This document shows, piece after piece, positions 16,514 to 27,913 of a stretch of DNA of 64,000 nucleotides. This DNA comes from Eledone cirrhosa (lineage: Eukaryota): contig OZ024741.1 of NCBI GenBank assembly GCA_964016885.1, positions 317,812,001 to 317,876,000 on the forward strand. Reading direction: 5' to 3'. A program made the translations under genes and the position numbers. Each line of letters begins with the position of its first letter. Positions within the stretch are counted from its first letter, which is position 1. A model generated the notes under the pieces. The model saw nothing but the letters and a program-made list of their open reading frames with translations, did no database searches and was not told the DNA's origin.

Positions 16514-18094
16514 AGTAATAATAATGGTAAAAAGCTTTTGCCCCCCAACGATCACCATCATCATCACCATCACCATCATCCGCATCCACATCAACATCAA
16601 CATCAACATTTTAATCATCATTTGATACCAAAAAATAATATTGGTCGACAGAAAAATTTTCAACCAAACAGCAGAAAATCTCCTACACCGTTACCAATAT
16701 TGACTACAGCAGCAGCAATATTGACTGCAGCAGCAGCAACAACAACAACTACAACAACAACAGCACCTTCGAATGTTTCTAGTAAAACTGCTGTGACATC
16801 ATCAGTAGCTACCCCCCTAGCAACACTTCCTCCGACAACAACTACAGCTCTAGCAAATAAAACTACACTTCCATTCTCTATGTTGACTCCACCACCAGCA
16901 GATAAAACCAAAGACAAACCATATAAGTGTGAGACGTGTCGCAAGGCATTTTCCCGACAATCAAATTTATCTCACCATGAGGAAACTCCAGCGGAGCGTA
17001 AACATTTCCACTGTACCTACTGCTGGAAAGCATTCCCTGTAAGAGCCCGTCTTCGTGACCATGAACGTTCTCACACTGGTGAGAAACCCCATAAATGCCC
17101 TGTCTGTCCTAAAGCATTTAGTCATCAAACTAATTTGAAAAATCATCTAAGAGTCCACTCAGGAGAAAGACCATTTGTATGTGGAATGTGTGGTAAACGC
17201 TTTAGTCATCTAACCAATCTCCGCAATCACGAGAGGACTCATACTGGAGTAAAACCATATATCTGTGGTCACTGCGGAAAGGGTTTTGGTCATATGACTA
17301 ACTTGAAAAATCATCGTCGAACGCACACTGGGGAGAAACCATTTGTTTGCACTCATTGTGGTAAATCTTTCAGTCACCAGACCAACTTGAAAAACCACCA
17401 GAAAACTCATGCATCTTTAGAAAATTATGTAATGCTGGTAGGTCAGTCGAGTGCTTCTAATACTGTAGAAGAACTTGAGAGGCTTTCTGCTGCAGCTGCT
17501 GGTGCCTTGATGCAGGCTTCTAGTACTGATGGTTCTTCTGAACATCAACAGACTGATCCAAATATGAAAGAACAACCACAACAACAACAGCCACAACAAC
17601 CACAACAACAAAAGGAGCAACCAAGAGATTCGCAATTAACGTGGCAGCCAGCCTCTACTCTCTCTTCATCTAACATTGCTTCCAATTCTGTTGCTGCACG
17701 TACAGTTGAAGAATTACAGCAGCTATCATCATTATCTTCAGCAAGCGCCACAGCTGCACGCACTGTTGAAGAATTACAAAAGCTATCTTCACTGTCCAAC
17801 TCCTCAACAATTACACCATTAAGTTCACCACCTGCCTCCAGTGTTCACATGCCTACACTGGAACTAATGAAGCACTCTCAATCTTCTAGGCGTATGACAG
17901 ATACGCCTCATAGGTTTACCCCAACTAACGTATGCCAAACAACAACAGCAGAAGAGGACTTTAACAACAGAATGTCTGCACAAACTTCATCAGCGACGAA
18001 TCGCATGGTTGAAGAACTCCACCGACTATCTGCTCAGTCATCTATACTTAGAATGCAACCATTAAACAAACTTAAGGATTCTCGTCCAAACTAG
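16244..18094 (+). CDS. C2H2 zinc-finger protein (ZNF-A): 1 degenerate + 5 canonical fingers, His/Asn/Thr/Gln low-complexity tracts
   Basis: Uninterrupted ORF 16025-18094 with TGEKP-type linkers. The ORF-track start is a TTG overlapping an acceptor-like tttgcag (16030). Likely ATG is 16244 (aaaATG) or 16136. Confidence 0.92.
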
Positions 18095-18517
18095 TCAGAT
18101 CAGATCAGAAGAAAATAATTATTGAATAAAAAAACATCTCGCCACAATTAGCTAATTTTTAGATGTGGGCCGCTCTTCACTTTTATTTTTTTAAGACTTC
18201 ATGTAATTAGCTGGTCTCTACTGAGGTTTTGATGGTTTTATTTTATCAATTTATGTAGACTAAATTATAATGAATTAATTATTCATTTGCTTTCTGATCT
18301 TTTTATTTCATTTTATTTTTTGTTAATTTCTTCTTTTTTTTATTATATACATATATATATAATTTTCTCTTTAGAGAAAAAATAAGCTCTTCAAAATTTT
18401 GAAGCTAAATATCTTTATTTTTGTTTTATTTTTATTTTTTATTTCTTGATATTGTGCAAATGCTAAGATTTATAAAACAAAAAAAAAAGAATCAAACAAG
18501 ATTTATAACTAATTATC

Positions 18518-18551
<34 letters not shown>

Positions 18552-20443
18552 GATTTTTATGATTTATGAAATATATTTTCACATTTGACATATATGCAAT
18601 ATTTATTGATTGATATTATTAGCCCTGCCCCTCCCCCTCTTTTAACAATCTGAAACTCATTGAAAACTACAGTACTACTACTACTACTACTACTATTACT
18701 ACTACTACTACTACTACTAAACATGAATAAATCCTGGCCTATGACTTAAGGTTGTTGTTTTTGTTTTTTTTAACCTCTCCACCACCCCCTCCATCTGTTT
18801 AAATGTGTATTGGTTTGTCACTGGAAGTTAGGACAGTTGAAGAATTATCCAACATGCACCAAAGATATGAAAACATTATTACACAGAAATACAACCATCA
18901 GTTCTTTTATCTTGTCTTCTATGTTTCAAATGTGGCCAGTTTAATCATATCAGCTTACAATGGGACATATTTTTCAAAACAAAAAAAAACATAACTTTTA
19001 AAAAAACAATTTTTAGTTTTACATCAGAGCTATCCTTCTACAGGTGGTGATATCACTCTAACAGGAATAAAAAAAAAAGCTAACCAGGCTGTTGTATCAA
19101 TGTTGATTCTTTCTAAGTTCCCAAAACCTTGTGACATGACTGTCAAGTGTGCTAGAATACTTGACAGACTATGCAAATTTAGAAGTATTTTTTTAGATTT
19201 TTAAATGTTTAATAATTAAGAAAAATTATTAAAATAATTATTGAATAAAGATAAGTTTCAACAATGTGAACATTTCGAAATCTATTTATTCTATGTATTT
19301 ATAAATATATTTATATATATATTACATGAGCGAGAAGAGTAGATTATATGATGCATGCTTATAAAGTGTGATGTTGTATGATAGTAAGTTATGAAAATGT
19401 AATGTGGAGAGGATGTGTGAAAGTTAGAATAAAATGTGGCTAGCATACTACTCTGGATATGAAATACTACTGTACATGAGCAACAAAGTAGAAAAACTGG
19501 GTATAAGAGGAATTGTGGAGCTGATTTGCACTGGTATGAACATGTCATAATTGTTTGGTGAAGAAGTGCCAGGAATTAAAATAGGAAGACTGAAGGAAGG
19601 TATAAGTGGTGAGAGCTGATCTCAAAACATTGGACGTTGCGGATGAGATGAAAAAGGAATATGATAAATTGAGGAAAATTGTGTTAGAGAAGACAGTCTA
19701 CCCATGCCAGTATAAAAAACAGACAAAAATGATGGTGGTAATGATGTTTGTAACTTTTATTTATATTGTCATCTAATCCGGTTTTTTTTATAGGGAAAAA
19801 TGGGAGATAAAAAAAATTAAACCAAAAGGTATTGAATGCATTTTTATTTTTATTTATTATTTTTTTAATAATCCCAGTAGGTGACCTGACCATTCATAAT
19901 TATCATTTTAGAAACGTTTATCTATGCTGGCAATAGTTTGATAAGTTGATAAAGATTAAGTAAATATTTAAATGAATCTGTTGAATCTGATGAGTCAGGT
20001 GACCATGTCTTACTCAAATAGATTCCATTTTAGTATGGTTTCTACAGTTGGAGTCTTTTCCTATCAATTACTTCTTTGCACTGTACTAGGTGCATTTCCT
20101 CATGATACAACCACTAAAGAGGTTGTTTTGTGCTTGATGCAACTGAAGAGTCCTTTTAATACTTTTTGGGACACAGTTTCTTCAGCTGGATGCCGTTTTT
20201 AACTACAACCACTTTACATAATGTGCTGGGTGCATTTTATTGTGCACCAACACTAGTACTTTACAGGCACATTTTATTATGGCACAAAAACTAGAAAAGT
20301 TATACCTTGTTCAATTGATATATTTCAAGTGTTTCGTATCAATTTTCTCCCAGATGGTTGGTCTTGACTGAAAAAATAACTCCATTGATACCAAACCTCC
20401 TGAAACTGCTCCTGGTTCTACAATGCAAAACTGTTGATTTCAA

Positions 20444-20655
20444 CCCTTTAGCATTTACATTACTTTATATATACTATTGTATTTTTGTGGTAAAGGCTTT
20501 ATCTTACATAATTATTTCACATAATATCGAATGTACAAGATTTTGATGTTATTTATTTTGAAACAGTACCATAACGTCAGTATGAGCAGCCAGTTTGAAC
20601 CAGAAAGAGGTGAGAGAATTTTAGTCAGATACAGCCCGTTTAAAATGCTAAAGGG
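20444..20655. mobile_element. piggyBac-type MITE
   Basis: TIR ccctttagcattt / aaatgctaaaggg, T(C)AA...TTAA flanks; homologous to 23258-23477. Confidence 0.75.
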
Positions 20656-21742
20656 TTAAAGTGTTTATATTTATCTAAAAACCTATCATAGGTTTGTTAG
20701 AATCTTTATGTTCTAAACACCAGCTTAATGAGGAAGTCAGTTATATTACTAAATGTATTGTAACAAAAGGATTATTTTCAAAATGGTTTAAAAACAATAA
20801 GTAATGTCTTTCATTAGAAATATGGTAACAAAAGGATTATCATGCTTGTTTTTGTTTCATTTAAGTGTGTTCCTTGATTCTCATTTATTTCAATTCATAG
20901 ATTGAATCCACATTGATAATCAGGCTGAGGTTTGGAACTTTCCACAAATATCAACAGTACCATGGAGACTTCAACTGATAGTACAGTTGTGGACAGGGTT
21001 TCTCTTCAGCTTTGATGAAGGTAGTTGACTTCTTTGGGGAATGGTGGTGTTATTTGATTGGCTATGCTCTCCAATAACTGCTTGGAACACCTTACCATGG
21101 TACCAACAAAACTAGCATTGATTTCAGAATGTAAGGAACTGCCTCAAATACCACAAGACATTTTAATACTTTTGCTAATTTATCTGATGTGAATTTGTTG
21201 TTTCTGATCCTGTGAAGCCCAACTTTTAAAGATTGGTAGTGAGCCACTTAGACAAAGAAGTCCCCCAACCAATTACATGTGATTTAACCCTTTTGATACC
21301 AACTCAGCCAAAAGTAGTGTTGTTTTTATGAAACAAAATTGTGTAGAAGTCTATCAAATGAACTGTACCTGTAATTCAAAGTTCAAGTCTTGTCACATGC
21401 TGTCACACTGATTCTGCCTGTGCATTAAGTTAAGGGTACACATGCCTATGGAATACTCAACCTCTTACACATTAATTCACAAGTCAGACCTTCAGTTGCT
21501 CAGACAACTGGATAGTTATCATTGAAACCAACTAAGGATCCAACATATACATGTAGTATGAATGTATGTACCTGGTACACTGTTTTGGTTGGTAAACGGC
21601 AAAGGATGGGTGCAGTATATCCAGCGGGCTTCCCCACAGTTTCAGTTTACCCAATTTCACTCACAAGGCTGCAATCAACCTAATGCCACGTGTTGGGACA
21701 AATCATCACAGACCAAGTCAGAGGTTTTTATTGATTAGGCTC

Positions 21743-21827
21743 AGTTACAAACATTTTACAGATGGTTGACTCAGGATCCATATTTGTGTTATAGATTCAA
21801 CTGCACCCCCAATCTGCTCATCGGACT
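21743..21827 (-). ncRNA. Degenerate copy of the 30880-30963 hammerhead
   Basis: Aligns by eye with 30880-30963; cores read CCGATGA and AAAA. Confidence 0.55.
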
Positions 21828-23257
21828 TGTTAATCAAGAAAAACTAAGATCTCTTCTATATATATATATACTACCCAGTATACACTGTAAAGTGGTCATT
21901 TGGTGCCACAACAAAAACTGCCAGTCCACATGGTAAATGTGGTTGGCGTTATGAAGGGCATCCAGCTGTAGAAACAGTTAAGTATGAGAAAGACACAGTC
22001 ATCTGATCTGTCTTGTCTTGCAACCGGACAACTCGTCTAGCCCATGCTAGCATGAAAGAATGAATGTTAAAGGATGATGATATATATATGTAGAGGGTTA
22101 TATGAGAGATATGATTTAGAGCAGGACCATTTTGTTACGGTATTGGTTAGGAATTTTATTTATTTATATCACTGGTGGTTCCATTGATTGCGGGATTTAT
22201 TTGATTATGAACATGTCCCACATTCCTTTGTGTCTTATGTTGGTATGTGAATACATTATTATTTCAGGTTTTAATGACTTCCAAAGTGAATATGCACCCC
22301 CATATGATTTATGTGTGTCTGGGACATATTTGATTGTACTATCAAATCAAGCCCTATGATGCGCAGCATTCTAGTAGTGCATGTGCTCTTCAAAGGTGGT
22401 TTCATTCTCGGAGAGTCTGGAGATCCTTAGAGATATACTTTTTACAAAAGAGTTAATTATAGATCATGGGTGATTAGAGTTCTTGTTAACATATGTGATG
22501 TTTGCATTATTTTTTTTTTTTTTTTTTTTTTTGAAGGGTTTGAAAAGACTGGAATATAGTTCAAGGGTTAAATCGAGGAATTTGGCCCTCCTGATAGTTG
22601 TGCTCAAAGTATATTTTTAGGCCCATGTACTTAAAGAAGGATTGTATTTTTTCTACATTCAAGGTGGTGCTTGTTGACATGTTTGACTAGTAGGGGAGCG
22701 TTTAATGTCTCTGACTGACCACTGATTGGCCAATGCCAACTAATTAACTATCCACCTACCATGTACTGTATTTCATCAAATTTCTATGACCACTAATGTC
22801 AGTATAAGTTTATACCCGTAACCACTCCCCATATACTGAATAATCTGTCCACACCACTCATTGGCACATTGCCCATCCCACTAACATCTCACAATTCTGA
22901 AATGACCAAATCAGATTTACATGTATGGTGATGTGTATTTATATGCGTGGTTGTGAATACAAATGAATATATACATATATAGGTGTGCATGCATTTGGAA
23001 ATGAAGGTGTATGTATGCATTTGTGAGAGGATATGTATGTGGGTATACATGTAAGAACTGCTCTATAAGCTAGTCTCTACGCATTAATAACATCATTTTT
23101 CCCTGAACAGATATGTTGAGTACTATCGAGTAGTGAGGGATAATGCATTATTTAATAATACAGATTTCATCGGCAGACTACGTAATGAAGTGAAACATGT
23201 GTAAGACTGTCCAGTATTTAATAAATGAATCAGTGGATACCAGCTAAAGTGCCTTAA

Positions 23258-23477
23258 CCCTTTAGCATTTACATTATTCTATATTTATGATTGTATTTTC
23301 ATGGTAAACACTTTATTTCACATAATTATCTCACATAATATCAAATCTATGAGATTTTGATATTATTTATTTTGAGAACAATACCTTAACATAAGTATGA
23401 GCAGCTGGTTGTGGCCAGTTTGAACAGAAAGAGGTGAGAGAATTCTGGCCAGACATGGCAGTTTAAATGCTAAAGGG
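23258..23477. mobile_element. piggyBac-type MITE with TTAA TSD
   Basis: TTAA-ccctttagcattt ... aaatgctaaaggg-TTAA. Confidence 0.82.
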
Positions 23478-24299
23478 TTAATTTTTTCTATTAATATGAA
23501 TAAGTATATAAAGTACCCAGTCCATCCTGTAAGGTGGTCGTGTTGGTGACACGACAAAAAATACCCAGTCAATCCTGTAATGAGGTTGAGCTGGTGACAT
23601 GATGAAAAAGCACCCAGCCCACATTGTAAATGTGGTTGGCATTAGGAAGGGTATCTCGCTATAATCAAGTGAAAATACAGATCCATATGAGCAAGGCACA
23701 GTCAACTGACTTGACTTATCTTATAGCATGACAACCTGTCTAACTCATGCAAGCGTGGAAAATTAGATGTTAAATGATAATGATGATCATAGGTATATAT
23801 ATATGTATATGTGTTTTTTCTTGAGTGTCTGCCAATGATCACCACATAAACTACAATTACCTGTTTCTCTTGGAGCTAGACTCCTCTTGATCCGTTGTTT
23901 AGCTCTACACTATTGGATTGCCATTGACTCACCCAAGTTCTTCCTTCCTTTGATGAGTTTTGATTTTCATCCACAGATTATCAAAAGAAAAGTCACCCTC
24001 CTCATCAAGCAAGTTTGGTGGGAGTTTAGTCACCAACAACCCATCCATGTAACAGGTTGTACTGGGTTATATATATAGGGGTTGAGAGGATCCTTTATTC
24101 ATATCATGGTATGGCAACCTCTTTAGTGTTATCTTCATGATAAATGCACGCAGTACACACTGTAAAGTGGTTGGTGACCTCTTAGAAAGGGCTGGACTAG
24201 GTCTACATAGACTAAGTCAGTACTGAAGCAGAGCTACTGATCTTGCTTACATACAGTCTCATGGTCTACCAAGTATACAGAGGAGGTTGTCATGATAGG

Positions 24300-26063
24300 A
24301 TGGCAAGGAACTTCTTCATGACTCACAAGGAATTCTGTGAAGGTGGCAAGAGCACTTTGATGAACTTTTGAATCAGCCGTCTGTCGTCAATGAAGATTTC
24401 CTCAATCTCATTCCTGAAAAACCTGTGAAAGTAGCTCTCGCAGAACCACCGACACTTGTGGAGGTTGCAGTAGCTATCTTGAAGCTGAACAGTGGACGGT
24501 CTCCAGGTATGGATGGCATACATGCAGAGCTCTTACAATATGGACGCGGCATTACTGATATGATCTCAGCTAGACAGCTCCAGGAGAAGTGCATGGAACA
24601 AGGTTTGGATCTGTATCAGGTTTTTGTCGAGCTGACAAAAGCTTTTGATACTGTTAACAGAAATGCATTGTGAAGGTTCTCCAGAAACTTGGTTGCCCTG
24701 ATAAGTTCTTTGCTTTGGTTAGGTCTTTCCATGACGACATGAAGGCTTGGGTTAATGTCAGAGGTAACATGTTGGAGCCTATCTCAGTAAAACAGGAGGA
24801 TATTCCAGCACTGACCCTGTTTGCCATATACTTTGCAATGGTTTTCTATATTGCATTCAGGACTTGCGAGCATGGTGTTTACATCCAATATCGAACCTCT
24901 GGCAGCATATTTAACATCAGGCGCTTTGCTGCAAAAACAAAAGTATTTACATCAATCATAAGAGACCTCTTGTATGCAGATCATTGCGTTTTACAAGATC
25001 GCAATGATCTGCATACAGCACACACAGCGATATGCAGCACATTTTGAATGCATTTTCTGATGCTTGTATTGCCCTAGGATTGACTGTCAAGAAAACTGTT
25101 GTCATGTACCAACCTGCCCCTGGTAAACAGTACAGTGAGCCAAATATCTATGTGTATGGTAAACGACTTGGAGTGGTTGATCAGTTTGTCTACCTGGGAA
25201 GCACTGTCAATCGATACAGCAACCTTGATAATGAAATTCCACTCAGGAAAGTAAGTGATGCTTTCGGAAAGCTAGAAAGGCGTCTCTGGGGTTGGTGAGA
25301 CATGCAAGAAGACAAAGGTAAAGGTGTACAAGGCATGTGTGCTCTCTTCTCTTCTTTATGCCTGCAAGACCTGGGTCACATATCAACACCACCTTAAACA
25401 ATTGGAACGTCTCCATCAGATGTATCTCAGACGGATCCATGGCGTTCACTGGAGGGACCACATCAGTGATGTCAAGATTTTGGAAAGCTCTATGTGTGAC
25501 AGTATAGAAGCTCGTGTGTTTAAGCAAAGACTCCATTGGAGTGGTCACCTTGTCAGGATGAAGGATTCTAGAATACCAAAACAACTCTTTTATGGAGAGT
25601 TAGTTAAAGGAAAACGACCTCCACATAAACCAAAAAAGAGGTATAAGGATTTGTTGAAAGACGCTAACATCTCTGCTGATACATGAGAAAATGTTGCTGC
25701 TGATCATAATAAATGGAGAAAGACTGTATATGAGGGGAAAGTTGCCTTTGAGGCATCTCGAATCACATACAAGAAAGTAAAGAGGGATGTGAGGAAGGGC
25801 ATCTGTGCAAGACTCTGCCTCAGCAAAGCTGGACTCAAAACTCATCTTCGTAGCCATAAAGTGAGACCAGGGGTTGACTACCAGGCTGCTGTTGGAGATG
25901 CTACTAATCATGCCTGCCAAGCATGTGGTAGAGAGTGTAAATCTGCAGGAAGGCTCAAATGACAGCCGGCTATTCCCAGTGAATGTTTTGGTTGCCAACT
26001 CTGTGCAAGACATTTTAGATCATTGGCTGGGTTAAAAAGCCACATTCGATCACAGCATAGTTA
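24300..26063 (+). mobile_element. RTE-BovB-like LINE pseudogene with C-terminal C2H2 fingers
   Basis: DMISARQLQEKC, ELTKAFDTVNR, LLYADH, FVYLGS, YKACVLSSLLY, RLHWSGHLVRMKDSRIPKQLFYGEL; three CxxC...H fingers at 25800-26060. Confidence 0.9.
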
Positions 26064-26127
26064 ATTGTTACTGTGTGTGTGTATATATATAGATATGTAT
26101 GTGTGTATATATATTTTATTATTATTA

Positions 26128-26232
26128 ATCCCGCCGAGGTTCACTTTGCCTTTCATCCTTACAGGGGCGATAAAATAAAGTACCAGTAATGTACTGGGAT
26201 AATTGCTGTCCTTGTGCCAAAAGTAGAAACAA
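26128..26232 (+). mobile_element. SINE central-domain fragment (gccgaggt..actttgcctttcatcc..gataaaataaagtaccag)
   Basis: Same sequence recurs at ~34950-35115 (-), ~38700-38820 (+), ~45525-45710 (-), ~60808-60893 (-). Confidence 0.75.
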
Positions 26233-26324
26233 TTATTATTGTTATTATTGTCGTTATTATGTTTTTGTTTCGTGCAATGGCCATACTCGATAACGACGGG
26301 GCAGCCATCATTTATATATATATA

Positions 26325-26838
26325 AAAGTAAGTATGCATACGTACATATATATATTTATATTCACAGACACACATATGTACGTATAGGCTATATCGAACA
26401 TTAATGATACCATTTGATTCGTTTGTAAACAAACGAGCCCAATTAGAAGCTGTGCCGTGCCAGTGACCAATCGTCACCTGTTTGTTCAACACTGGCTTTG
26501 AGGAACAATCAACATATTCTGGGTCATTACCCTTCATCAAGACCGTATACCTCTCTGTCAATGTGTTGAACGGTTGAAAATATATAGTATTTTCTTAAGT
26601 ATACATTGACTGAGTAGCCTCATTTGCATACCGAGCGAGTTGCGGCTGGCTTTGCCGATCGGTCAGCTTCTGATCGGGCTCGTTTATTTACAAACAAACC
26701 GAACATTATTATTAATGTTCGATATAACCCATACGTACATATATGTGTATATATGTGCGTGTGTATATATATATATATATATATATACAGATATGTATCC
26801 ATATATATGTGTGTGTGCGTATGCATACTTACTTTTAT
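26325..26838. repeat. Diverged inverted repeat enclosing a degenerate hammerhead (26505-26548, -)
   Basis: aaaagtaagtatgcatacg / cgtatgcatacttactttt and tatatcgaacattaat..gagccc / gggctc..attaatgttcgatata; spacer on the minus strand reads TTGATGA-a-GGGT-aatg-ACCC-agaa. Confidence 0.75.
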
Positions 26839-26896
26839 GTATCAGCTGTGCTAAAGCGAGAAATTAAATTCTTATTTTATATATATCTAAGAAAAG

Positions 26897-26996
26897 AGTC
26901 AGGACCCCGACGGCTGAGCTTCGGCTGTTTCGACAGCTAGAACCGTTCGTATCTAGCTGTCGAAACGGCCGGAGCTCAGCCGTCGGGGTCCTGACT
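26897..26996. repeat. Near-perfect hairpin built from a hammerhead 3' half
   Basis: 45-bp arms, 10-nt loop; right arm GTC-GAA-ACGGC..GCCGT-C-ggggtcc. Confidence 0.9.
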
Positions 26997-27069
26997 ATTA
27001 CCCACTCTACTACCCTAAATATCGAGTACTCTGGTGCGTTATGGTCCACCTGGTTTCTTACCACACTTT

Positions 27070-27111
<42 letters not shown>

Positions 27112-27425
27112 ATATATGTATATATATATATAACAAAGGAGGTGTGGTAAGGAACCAGATGGACCATAACACACCAGAGTACTCAATACTTAGGGTAGTA
27201 GAGTGTGTAATAGGAAAATTCTAATTTAGTCTAGAAATAGCCGTCGAAACGGCTTCAGCTCTGCCGTTGGGGTTAAACCTTTTCCTATATATATATATAT
27301 ATTGTTATGCTTTGGGAGGGTCATGTTGCCAATAAGAAACACACGCACCAGTTGCTTTCACTCCAATTTATTATAAATTTCCGGTTGGTTGGTTGGTTCT
27401 ATAACCGGACGGTTGTTCATATATT

Positions 27426-27468
27426 GTGAAAGTTCTTTCGTCACACATTATATGACCTCTTCAGTGAC
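27426..27468 (-). ncRNA. Hammerhead ribozyme (left arm copy)
   Basis: Minus: gtca-CTGAAGA-g-gtcata..tgtgac-GAAA-gaacttt. Confidence 0.6.
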
Positions 27469-27577
27469 TGGGATTATTTTCTTTGTTTTTGTGCCTCTCC
27501 TTTGTTCTGTCCTACGCATTCAAGATGGCGTAGGGCAGAACAAAGGAGAGGCACAAAAACAAAGAAAAGAATCCCCA

Positions 27578-27620
27578 GTCACTGAAGAGGTCACAGAATG
27601 TGTGACGAAAGAACTTTGAC
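27578..27620 (+). ncRNA. Type-I hammerhead ribozyme
   Basis: GTCA-CTGAAGA-g-GTCACA-gaatg-TGTGAC-GAA-AG-aa-CT-T-TGAC; stem I GTCA/TGAC. Confidence 0.75.
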
Positions 27621-27800
27621 AATATATTAACCGTCCAGTTATAGAACTAACCAACCGGAAATTTATTATAAATTGGAGTGAAAGCAACTGGTGCGTGTGT
27701 TTCTTATTGGCAACATGACCCTCCCAAAGCATAGCATTATGGGTTTCAACCCACGTTTTCAGAAAAAGAATCTTGCTAAAAAAAAATTTATATATATATA

Positions 27801-27913
27801 TAGGAACGAGTAGGACCCCGACGGCTGAGCTCAAGCCGTTTCGACGGCTAATTAGTCCAGAATTAGCCGTCGAAACGGCTTGAGCTCAGCCGTCGGGGTC
27901 CTACTCGTTCCTA
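27801..27913. repeat. Perfect 53-bp-arm hairpin built from a hammerhead 3' half
   Basis: 27801-27853 is the exact reverse complement of 27861-27913; loop agtccag. Confidence 0.95.

Larger units (their letters stand above)
27306..27733. repeat. ~430-bp palindrome with a hammerhead on each arm
   Basis: tatgctttgggagggtcatg... / ...catgaccctcccaaagcata; axis ~27522. Confidence 0.92.
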
